Below, one piece after another: positions 51,251 to 59,869 of a stretch of 64,000 nucleotides of DNA (position 1 is its first letter; each line of letters opens with the position of its first letter). A model generated the notes under the pieces. The model was not told the DNA's origin. It ran no database searches and was given only the letters and a program-made list of their open reading frames with translations. The stretch is from Nitrospirota bacterium. GTDB lineage: Bacteria > Nitrospirota > Nitrospiria > Nitrospirales > Nitrospiraceae. The stretch covers positions 864,001 through 928,000 of the forward strand of contig CAVPBK010000006.1 in assembly GCA_963701855.1 (NCBI GenBank), written 5' to 3'. The position numbers and the translations under genes were made by a program.

Positions 51251-53362
51251 TTAGGATCTCGCTTTGCCGGTCAGGTTCGCGATCATATCCTTCAGGTTGC
51301 CGGTCTTCATGGCTTCTGCCATGTAGTCCTTGGCCTGTTCGATGCCCTCATGAGCCACTTCGGCCGTGATAACCACGACACCGATTTTATCGGCATGTTT
51401 CTCGATGAGGGCACGCGTACAATCGCGCATAAATCCTTCGGGTGCCCGATCGAGTCGAGTTTGAGCCTCCGGCATCCAGGTATAGGGAGAGGCCGGGGCA
51501 GATTCCACCACGCCGCCATTCCCGTGCCCCTGGCCGTTCTCGTGAGAGGCGGTCGCGCCATTGGCGCCACTCGTGGCCGCAGCCACGGTAGCCTGTGCTT
51601 CGGTCGAGGCACCGGTTCCCTTATTGGCAAAGATGGGGGTGTAGTCCTCTGAAGCCGCCTCTTGAATCATCGGTGCGGCATACTCCAGCGTGATGGTGGT
51701 CATGCCAAGTTTGCGGGCGGTCTTCTCGATTTTTGCCTTGGCGCGCCGGCGTTGGAAGCCCGCTGGAACTGCACGGATTCCTTCTTTAGCATCCTTCGTC
51801 CATTGCATGGGGACGTCATCATAGGCCAGATCGGTTTCGAGCACCCCTTCGACGTGCGCCGCCGCTTCAAAAAGAGACTTGTCAACCAGTTTGAAGCGGT
51901 CACCTCCGGCGGCGCAGACAGGACACTTGACGGGCGTCTCGCCCTTGCCGATGTAGCCGCAGCCGTCGCAAATGAAGTAGTCCTGGGTCATCCGGTCCAA
52001 GTAGGCTTGAGTATTTGCGCTCACTTTTGGCTTGTCTTCCACGATCTCAGTCATCATGCCGCTGAGAGTCGAGCCCATGAGATCCTTCAGCACGGACTCG
52101 TCAGCCTGCATTTTTTCTCGGTCGATGCCTGCGGCATCCAGGCTGCCGCCCAGAGCGTGCATGGCATCCATCGCGCCCTTGGGCAAGAGATGTCCCACAG
52201 CTGAGTCAACGACGGTGTTACTGATAATGGTATGACCCTTCTCGATGGCGTAGCGGTGAATCGCAGTCTTGGCGACGCCTCTGGCAAATACGGGGATCTT
52301 TTCCATTCGGCGGAGGGCCTCTTCAGTCCAGGCAATCGTGTACTCAGCCAGCGTGTCGATCGGCGGCACATACTTGCGGTTCGACACCAGAATATTGCAA
52401 GGCGCGGACCGCAAGAGATTTTCCGTATTGCTGCCGATGTCCATATCCTCGTCGCTGTGCACACCGATCCGTCCGACGATCAGCAAGGCCGGAATGTCCT
52501 TGCGCACGTATTGGATGATCTTTTCGAAGGCCTTGCCGTCCAGCAGAGTGGTCTTGACGTCTGTTTGCTCGGCCTGAGCGATTTCGCGGCAGATGTCAAG
52601 GTGAGACTGGTAGATCTTCGCGAGGCCGCTGTCGATGATTTCCTCGTGCAGCTTCTCCTGCTCTTTGAATCGGAACACCTTGCCGGCTTCCTCGTTGAGG
52701 ACGCCCGAGATACTGTGAAAGGCAGCATAGTGGAAATAGGGATCAAAGGCTGAGATGGCTTCGACCGGCATGTTGAATGCCTTACCTAACGCCAGGCCGG
52801 TCATGAGTCCGCCGAAGGAATAGGGGCTGCCATCCACGGCAACCACGATCCTTCCGCCGGTCATGGGCTGGGTTTGCTTGATGATCAGCATGTCAGAGTT
52901 CCGTACGCGGCGAAGCACACGCTCGGTGTTGCTGCCAATCACGCTGTCTTTCACCGCACCGACACCCAAGGCGCCCATGATGACCAAATCGTAGGCATTG
53001 GTATTGATGTCTTCGGCCAGCACCTTCCAGTTCCGTCCTTCGAGCGAGCGACGCTCGATCGGCAGGTTGTTTTCGGCGCATTTCTTATCGACGTAGTCGA
53101 GATAGGAGTCGGTAATGATCTGGAGGCCACGGGTAATCAGCGAATCGTGGATTTGGCGCTGCCGGTCGAGTTCTTTTTCATCGTGATACTCTTCGGGCAA
53201 ACCTGCTTCCATCTGCTTGAAGCGCTTGTCATGCATTTTAGCCGCGTAGACATGGCTGCCCACGATCTTAGAGCCGAAGGCTTTGGCAAAATGGACTCCG
53301 ACATCAACAGCTGTGTTGGAATGGTCGGAGTTATCGACCGGGACATAGATCGTCTTATACAT
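51251..53362 (-). CDS. Tandem USP-domain protein fused to three PCP_red-like domains and a rubredoxin-like motif
   Basis: IYVPVDNS / IVVAVDGS and GSNTERV / GSNTENL (USP); WTEEA..., WTKDA..., WMPEA... repeats; CDGCG...CPVC. Confidence 0.85.
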   Translation of the reverse strand: MYKTIYVPVDNSDHSNTAVDVGVHFAKAFGSKIVGSHVYAAKMHDKRFKQMEAGLPEEYHDEKELDRQRQIHDSLITRGLQIITDSYLDYVDKKCAENNLPIERRSLEGRNWKVLAEDINTNAYDLVIMGALGVGAVKDSVIGSNTERVLRRVRNSDMLIIKQTQPMTGGRIVVAVDGSPYSFGGLMTGLALGKAFNMPVEAISAFDPYFHYAAFHSISGVLNEEAGKVFRFKEQEKLHEEIIDSGLAKIYQSHLDICREIAQAEQTDVKTTLLDGKAFEKIIQYVRKDIPALLIVGRIGVHSDEDMDIGSNTENLLRSAPCNILVSNRKYVPPIDTLAEYTIAWTEEALRRMEKIPVFARGVAKTAIHRYAIEKGHTIISNTVVDSAVGHLLPKGAMDAMHALGGSLDAAGIDREKMQADESVLKDLMGSTLSGMMTEIVEDKPKVSANTQAYLDRMTQDYFICDGCGYIGKGETPVKCPVCAAGGDRFKLVDKSLFEAAAHVEGVLETDLAYDDVPMQWTKDAKEGIRAVPAGFQRRRAKAKIEKTARKLGMTTITLEYAAPMIQEAASEDYTPIFANKGTGASTEAQATVAAATSGANGATASHENGQGHGNGGVVESAPASPYTWMPEAQTRLDRAPEGFMRDCTRALIEKHADKIGVVVITAEVAHEGIEQAKDYMAEAMKTGNLKDMIANLTGKARS

Positions 53363-53520
53363 CGAGATGTCTCCTCATGATGCCCTCCAGGCCAGGGCGA
53401 ACAAGAGTAATTCTCAAAATTTCCAAACGGTTGACGTACTTCTCTACCCTCAAAGAACGCACATGCTAGCACTCGCCCGAATTCGAATGCAAGGTGTCGA
53501 TGGGAACTGGTGGGACGACG

Positions 53521-55149
53521 TTAGGATGCCGGGGTTGCGACGGATTTTTCGCTCGACTCTTTTGCAGAGCGAAGGGATTGTCGGGAACGGAGTATTTCCT
53601 CCAGGGACAAGAGGGCGTCGCGTCCGGAGTTCCCCTCGATTCCTCGAATCAAATTTGCATCGGCGTAGGGGCCTGATTCTTTTGGGGCTTGGGACAGGGA
53701 GCCCGTCCACTTCCGTGGGTCCCTACTACCATCTTTACGTTCCCAGGCCATGAGGCAAGCCTTGGCGATGAACGAGTTCAGCGGCGCCGGGTTATAGAGG
53801 AGCTTTCTGATACTCGTCGGAGTCAGCATCAGAGGGTTATAACCGGCCGAGAGGTAGCCCTCTTCTAACAGCCGCTCTTCAAGGTCAGTATTCGGCTGAA
53901 TGCCCAAAAAGAACATCAGGGGGAAGACACGCTCTTCACCTAAGATCGAGGCGACCTTCTTATAGGACTCCACGCTTTGGAGCAAAGATTCCTCGGTTTC
54001 TTTTGGACTGTTCAGCGAATAGTTGAGGATGACTTTCCCCTTGAATCCCGCCTCCGCCAGATAGCGACAGCCATCGTAGAGCCGCTCAAGTTTGAATCCC
54101 ATATGGAGGTCGTTCAGCACCACTTGGGAGCCAGACGTAATGGCGACTTCGAGATCGCCGACACCGGATCGGACCATGAGCTTAGCTAGCTCCGGAGTGA
54201 TGAGCGACGTCCTGATATAGCCGGACCACTCAATCTCCAGCTTCTCGGCAAGGATCCGTTCAAGGATCTCGGTGCATTGGGGATAGGCTTCTTTCCCGGT
54301 AATAAACTGGGCATCCGTGAACCAGAAACGTCTGGCGCCCCATTGATGGTAGTGCTGAGAGATATCCTTAACGACCATAGAGGGCGGCCGATACCGCACC
54401 CGCTTTCCTTCAATGTAGGGATAGAGGCAGAACGCGCAGTCGTAGGGACAGCCTCGCTTCGACTGGACCCCGATGGATTCACCCAGATACTCCCGATGCT
54501 GCGGGAAGATCGTGGTCAGGTAGGGCAAGTCGACGGTCAGTGCATCCAGGAGGGCCGGCGAACCCTGCTGGCCCTTTCGAACGGTCTTTCCCTCCCGGAG
54601 GATATAGCGCTCGTTCTCCAGCGACTGACCTTCAATCACCTTGAGAATGGCGTCTTCGCCCTCCCCAAGAATCCCGATGGTGCCTTCCGGGAGTTTCTGA
54701 ATGAGCTGATCCGCAAAGGCGGTGAAGGCCCCGCCGCCGATCATGATCTGCGCCTTCGGGAACTCCTTCGCGATCAACCAGGGATAGGAGAGCGCCGCCC
54801 GGATATGGCTGTAGTAGCGGTAGAGCTGTTTCACCCCTGCAAACGAGGCGGCGATCCGCTTGAGTGGATTGCTCGCAAAGTAGAAATTAAACGCATGTTC
54901 CAGCGAGGAGTCTCCCTCATGGGGGGAAAAGATCTGAATGTCGCGCCAGGAGAAACAGACGAGGTCGGGCTTGAACTCGGTGGCGGCATCGCGAACCGCA
55001 CTGATCCGTTGGGCATCGGGAAAGAGAGAGAGATCGAGAATGCGCTGCCGCACATCAGGCTTGCGCCGATGAATAAAATCAGCAAGATAGGTCACACCGA
55101 TGGGATAGACCTTCTTGCAGGGAAGAAACACATACAGAATAGAATTCAT
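53521..55149 (-). CDS. Cobalamin-dependent radical SAM enzyme (Slr0320-like; candidate quinone methylase)
   Basis: PIGVTYLAD, FSWRDIQI, GGGAF, GEGE, RGCPYDCAFC and WFTDAQF. Confidence 0.85.
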   Translation of the reverse strand: MNSILYVFLPCKKVYPIGVTYLADFIHRRKPDVRQRILDLSLFPDAQRISAVRDAATEFKPDLVCFSWRDIQIFSPHEGDSSLEHAFNFYFASNPLKRIAASFAGVKQLYRYYSHIRAALSYPWLIAKEFPKAQIMIGGGAFTAFADQLIQKLPEGTIGILGEGEDAILKVIEGQSLENERYILREGKTVRKGQQGSPALLDALTVDLPYLTTIFPQHREYLGESIGVQSKRGCPYDCAFCLYPYIEGKRVRYRPPSMVVKDISQHYHQWGARRFWFTDAQFITGKEAYPQCTEILERILAEKLEIEWSGYIRTSLITPELAKLMVRSGVGDLEVAITSGSQVVLNDLHMGFKLERLYDGCRYLAEAGFKGKVILNYSLNSPKETEESLLQSVESYKKVASILGEERVFPLMFFLGIQPNTDLEERLLEEGYLSAGYNPLMLTPTSIRKLLYNPAPLNSFIAKACLMAWERKDGSRDPRKWTGSLSQAPKESGPYADANLIRGIEGNSGRDALLSLEEILRSRQSLRSAKESSEKSVATPAS

Positions 55150-55201
55150 ATACTGCTCGACGCTGAATGTTTCAGAGTCCAGAAAATTTCAATTGAATAT
55201 T

Positions 55202-55984
55202 TCACTTCGTGGCCACATGGATTGCAACAATCCCGCCGCTTAAGTTGCGATACGTGACCTGACGAAAACCTACGTCGAGGAGCAACTGCTTCAACCGTTC
55301 CTGGTCCGGGAAGTTCCGAATGGAGGCAGGAAGATATTCGTAGACGCCGGTCGTGTCATGCGCCACCTTCGTGCCGATCCAAGGAAGAAGCCTGAACGAG
55401 TACCAATCATACAGTGTCCGCAGCCAACCAAAGACAGGTCGAGAAAACTCCAAACACACAAACCGCCCACCCGGTAGCAAAATGCGGTGAATATCCGTGA
55501 CTGCCTGCCGAAGATCGCCGACATTCCTCATGCAAAACCCTGTCGTCACGGCATGGAAGGTCCCATCGGGGAATCCCAGATGCTCGGCGTTGGCTTCGAG
55601 ACAGGTAATCTTCTGTCCCAAACCCCGCCCGGTGACTTTCTTCAGCCCCTCGACGAGCATGGCATGGTTGAGGTCGGAAGCAATGACGCGACCGTTGGTG
55701 CCCATGCGAGGTTCGACCAAGAGCGCAAGATCGGCTGTGCCGGATCCGACATCGAGTGCCCGGCCTCCCGTAGTAACGGGGACATAGGAGGCGGTAATTT
55801 TCTTCCACCGATAATGCAGTCCAAAACTCAGGAGCGTGTTGTTCAGGTCGTAGACGCTGGCGATCGACGTAAACATCCGCTGAACGGCCTGCTCACGGGC
55901 TGAGCCAGTCCAGGTCGAGACAGCGAGCGGAGCCGCTGGGGAGTCGGTCCCCTTCTGTACAGGGGGGGTATCCACATGCACCAT
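55202..55984 (-). CDS. ubiE: UbiE/MenG-family quinone methyltransferase
   Basis: MFTSIASVYDLNN.LLSFGLH..WK, LDVGSGTAD, GFCMRNV and YEYLPASI. Confidence 0.9.
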   Translation of the reverse strand: MVHVDTPPVQKGTDSPAAPLAVSTWTGSAREQAVQRMFTSIASVYDLNNTLLSFGLHYRWKKITASYVPVTTGGRALDVGSGTADLALLVEPRMGTNGRVIASDLNHAMLVEGLKKVTGRGLGQKITCLEANAEHLGFPDGTFHAVTTGFCMRNVGDLRQAVTDIHRILLPGGRFVCLEFSRPVFGWLRTLYDWYSFRLLPWIGTKVAHDTTGVYEYLPASIRNFPDQERLKQLLLDVGFRQVTYRNLSGGIVAIHVATK

Positions 55985-56055
55985 AAGACCGTGGTAGCAC
56001 CGGCCTTCCGGGTTTGTCAAGGTAGTCAAGTCCTCATGCTATAATCCCGCCCCTG

Positions 56056-58563
56056 ATGCATAACTCGATCATCATTAAAGGAGCCCGGGAGCATAATCTC
56101 AAGAACATCGACGTGACGATCCCGCGCGACCGGCTCGTCGTGATCACGGGGCTGAGCGGGTCGGGCAAGTCTTCGCTGGCCTTCGACACCATCTATGCCG
56201 AAGGGCAACGGCGGTACGTCGAGTCGCTCTCGGCCTATGCCCGGCAATTCCTCGAACAGATGGGCAAGCCCGACGTCGATTCGATCGAAGGGCTCTCTCC
56301 CGCCATTTCCATCGAGCAAAAGAGCACCAGCCACAATCCTCGCTCCACGGTCGGCACCGTGACGGAAATTTACGACTATCTCCGTCTCCTCTTTGCCAGG
56401 GTCGGACGCCCTTCCTGCTTTCAATGCGGCGAAGAAATTACCGCGCAGACCGTGCAGCAAATGGTCGATGCCATTGGCCTGTTGCCGGAGGGGAGCAAGT
56501 TTCAGTTGTTGGCTCCGATCGTCCGTGGCAGGAAAGGGGAGTATCGAAAAGAACTCCTCGACATGCGCCGAGCCGGCTACGTCCGGGCCAGGGTCGATGG
56601 CCAACTGATTGATTTGGGTGAGGACATCGCGCTCGATAAACAGAAGAAACACACGATCGAAATCGTCGTCGATCGGCTGGTGATGAAGCAGGGGGAGACT
56701 ATGGCACGGCGGTTGGCCGATTCCGTGGAAACCTCGCTAAAACTCGCCGGTGGGCTGGTCGGGGTACTGACGGACAATGGGAAAGTGTCACTCTATAGCG
56801 AGAAGCTCGCCTGTATCCGCTGCGGCGTCAGTTACCCGGAAATCACCCCTCGCGTCTTTTCGTTCAACAGCCCCCATGGCGCCTGCCCGGCTTGCGACGG
56901 CATCGGCTACGCCTTGACCCCTGGCTCTCAGGACGATGAAGACTTCACGTTGCTGGAACCCTGCGAGATCTGCAAGGGCGCGAGACTGCGGCCTGAAAGT
57001 CTGTCCATCAAGGTAGCCACACAGTCGATTGCGGAGGTCACACATCTCTCCGTGCGAGCCGCTGCCGACTTCTTCAGTTCGTTAAAATTCACCGAACGCG
57101 AACTGGTGATCGCCCATCGCATCTTAAAAGAAATCCGCGAGCGTCTCGGATTTCTCGTCAACGTCGGTCTGGATTATCTGACATTGGATCGGGCTGCCGC
57201 TACCTTGTCCGGTGGAGAAGGCCAACGCATCAGGCTTGCCACGCAAATCGGTTCTGGCCTCGTCGGCGTCCTCTACATCCTCGACGAGCCGTCGATTGGT
57301 CTCCACCAGCGGGATAATCGGCGCCTGCTCCAAACCCTGCTGCGCTTGCGCGACCTGGGCAACACCGTCGTGGTGGTCGAACACGATGCAGAAACCATGA
57401 TGGCGGCGGACCATCTGCTGGATATGGGGCCTGGCGCCGGGACGCACGGGGGTCAGATCATTGCCCAAGGCACGCCGACTGACGTCATGGGGAATCTCGA
57501 CTCGCTGACGGGCCAGTATCTTCGTGGCACACAGATGGTCAGTCTGCCTCGCCGCCAGCGCAAGGCCAAAGGGTTGTTATCCATCGTGGGAGCCACGAAA
57601 CACAATCTCAAGGGGATGACCGCCAAGATTCCGCTCGGTCTGCTCACCTGTGTGACCGGCGTGTCGGGATCTGGAAAGAGCACGCTGGTGCTCGAAGTAC
57701 TGTTCCATTCCCTCTCCCAGCTGCTCTATCAGAAAAAACCGAAGATCGACGGCTGCAAGCAACTGCTAGGCGCCGGCGCGCTGGACAAGGTGATCGACAT
57801 CGACCAGTCCCCGATCGGCAGGACTCCGCGTTCGAATCCTGCAACCTATACTGGTCTATTCGGCTTCATCCGGGATCTCTACTCCAATCTGCCCGAGTCC
57901 CGCGTGAGGGGGTATAAACCCGGCCGCTATAGTTTCAATGTGAAGGGTGGACGCTGCGAGGCCTGCCAGGGCGATGGGTTGATCAAGATTGAAATGCATT
58001 TCCTGCCGGATGTCTATGTGACCTGTGAGGTCTGCAAGGGCCAACGGTACAACCGCGAGACGATGGAGATTCACCATAAGGGAAAGAGCATCGCCGACGT
58101 GTTGAATATGACGGTAGACGATGCCGTGGAGTTCTTCGAGCATATCCCCTTCATCAAGCGGAAGCTCGACACCTTGCACGATGTCGGGTTGCACTATGTG
58201 AAACTCGGCCAATCCGCCACGACCCTGTCCGGAGGCGAGGCGCAACGTGTCAAACTCTCGCGCGAACTATCGAAACGTCCGACCGGACGCACAATGTACA
58301 TTTTGGATGAACCGACGACCGGGCTTCATTTTGCCGACGTGCAGCGATTGCTGGATGTGTTGGATCGATTGGTGGAGGCGGGCAATACCGTGGTGGTAAT
58401 CGAACATAATCTCGATGTGATCAAGAATGCGGATTGGATTATCGATCTCGGCCCGGAGGGGGGCGATCGAGGCGGTGAGATCGTAGCAGAAGGACCACCG
58501 AAAGAAATTGCCAAATCGAAGCGGTCGTATACGGGACAGGTGTTGAAAGAAGCAGGGGTATAG
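56056..58563 (+). CDS. uvrA: Excinuclease ABC subunit A (short form, 835 aa)
   Basis: [23 protein letters not shown], two LSGGE signatures, GVSGSGKST and zinc-binding Cys motifs. Confidence 0.97.
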   Translation: MHNSIIIKGAREHNLKNIDVTIPRDRLVVITGLSGSGKSSLAFDTIYAEGQRRYVESLSAYARQFLEQMGKPDVDSIEGLSPAISIEQKSTSHNPRSTVGTVTEIYDYLRLLFARVGRPSCFQCGEEITAQTVQQMVDAIGLLPEGSKFQLLAPIVRGRKGEYRKELLDMRRAGYVRARVDGQLIDLGEDIALDKQKKHTIEIVVDRLVMKQGETMARRLADSVETSLKLAGGLVGVLTDNGKVSLYSEKLACIRCGVSYPEITPRVFSFNSPHGACPACDGIGYALTPGSQDDEDFTLLEPCEICKGARLRPESLSIKVATQSIAEVTHLSVRAAADFFSSLKFTERELVIAHRILKEIRERLGFLVNVGLDYLTLDRAAATLSGGEGQRIRLATQIGSGLVGVLYILDEPSIGLHQRDNRRLLQTLLRLRDLGNTVVVVEHDAETMMAADHLLDMGPGAGTHGGQIIAQGTPTDVMGNLDSLTGQYLRGTQMVSLPRRQRKAKGLLSIVGATKHNLKGMTAKIPLGLLTCVTGVSGSGKSTLVLEVLFHSLSQLLYQKKPKIDGCKQLLGAGALDKVIDIDQSPIGRTPRSNPATYTGLFGFIRDLYSNLPESRVRGYKPGRYSFNVKGGRCEACQGDGLIKIEMHFLPDVYVTCEVCKGQRYNRETMEIHHKGKSIADVLNMTVDDAVEFFEHIPFIKRKLDTLHDVGLHYVKLGQSATTLSGGEAQRVKLSRELSKRPTGRTMYILDEPTTGLHFADVQRLLDVLDRLVEAGNTVVVIEHNLDVIKNADWIIDLGPEGGDRGGEIVAEGPPKEIAKSKRSYTGQVLKEAGV

Positions 58564-58659
58564 GCGGGATAACCGAGTATCCTTTGTGCTCGCGCAACGC
58601 GCGGCCTAAGAAGGCCCTCGTTGGACGCGCGCAGTGAAGGATAACTCGGCCATCCCGCC
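58563..58659. repeat. Second MITE-like element starting at the uvrA stop codon
   Basis: Imperfect ~22-bp terminal inverted repeats GGCGGGATAACCGAGTATCCTT...AAGGATAACTCGGCCATCCCGCC. Confidence 0.7.
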
Positions 58660-58907
58660 GAGGAAGGGAGTAACACAACTCCGTCCATCTCCATCCCTTC
58701 CACCCCCGCGAAGAAATGGAAGGAAGTATGAAATAAACTCGAACCATTGTTTGTCGCGAATTCAATGCACGAGAGATAATAGCTTGGAGGTTATATAATC
58801 CGCTGCGCTGAAAGTTGTATTTTGTTGTTCGGACTGGAGGCTCGAAGATGGGAATATCAAATTCAATATTTTCGAAAGATAGGAGCTGAATACAAAAGCG
58901 ACTTTCT

Positions 58908-59462
58908 ATGACTCTGCTACCTGAGAATGATCGCATACGGATTTGGAATACGTTATTCCGCCAGGCGCGGAGCGAAGCCTGCAACCTTGCGAAGGCCTCA
59001 GGAAAAATTCCGAAAATCAGTTCGTTTCATCCTCGTTTCCTTCTGTCAGAAGGAGAGCAGTCACGGCTACTATTACTTGCCTACTGCACTCTGGCCATTG
59101 AGGCAAGAGTCAATCATCTTATCGACGAGCTGGTTGAAAAGGGGCGTCTGGACGAGCGGGAAGCAGTGTCGATTCAACGACTATCTGCTGACGCTAAGTG
59201 GTTCTTGCTTCCGAAGATTGCCGGAGTAAAGAAACGGTTGAGGCGAGATAGTAGTCCACACCAAGCAGTTGCTGAGATCTGTGCCCATCGCAACATTCTC
59301 TTTCACGTTAATTTCCGTCAACTGAAAGATGGTTTGCCTAACGCAGGAAAGATGCTCGCACTGTTTCGCGACTTCGTGGTCGCCATGGAGGATATGAATG
59401 TTCTTCTCCGACGAGTTAGGCGTCGTCGTAATCGGGTGCTCGACATCGGCTCCTTCTCGTGA
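58908..59462 (+). CDS. HEPN-like protein
   Basis: Helical; LAIEARVN and Rx4H motif RNILFH; AT-rich context. Confidence 0.6.
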   Translation: MTLLPENDRIRIWNTLFRQARSEACNLAKASGKIPKISSFHPRFLLSEGEQSRLLLLAYCTLAIEARVNHLIDELVEKGRLDEREAVSIQRLSADAKWFLLPKIAGVKKRLRRDSSPHQAVAEICAHRNILFHVNFRQLKDGLPNAGKMLALFRDFVVAMEDMNVLLRRVRRRRNRVLDIGSFS

Positions 59463-59561
59463 GCCTTGATAATTCTATCGCGGCATGCGAGTGAACAATA
59501 TAATCCAACAGTCATTGCGGTTGCTTTGCGATGAATCTACGGACAAAAGAGGTGAGGAATT

Positions 59562-59867
59562 ATGCAGACGATCCTAGTGCTAACTGTATCCAACATCTTC
59601 ATGGCGATCGCCTGATATGGGCATCTCAAGTACAAGGCCTCGCCTTTGTGGATCGTGATTCTCGTCAGCTGAGAGATTGCCTTCGTCGAGTATTGCTTTC
59701 AAGTGCCGGCGAATCGCATCGGCCATTACCATTCAACGCTGCCTAATTGAAAATCATCCAGGAAGTGATTACCCTGGTCGTGTTTTGCGTCTTTGTTGAA
59801 ATGGAACTATCTGGGTGGCTTTGCCATGATGATCGATGCCGCGTTTGTCATTTTTAAGGAGTGGTAG
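59562..59867 (+). pseudogene. DMT-family (DUF486-like) pseudogene
   Basis: MQTILVLTVSNIFMAIA*YGHLKYK..LWIVILVS*EIAFVEYCFQVPANRIG with a further frameshift, a stop and a deletion. Confidence 0.85.
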
Positions 59868-59869
59868 CG

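Noticed and set aside
59562..59867. Two TGA codons at conserved Trp positions suggesting TGA recoding or selenocysteine
   Set aside because: The same gene also has a frameshift, a TAA and a deletion, and other genes use TGA as stop; this is ordinary pseudogenisation
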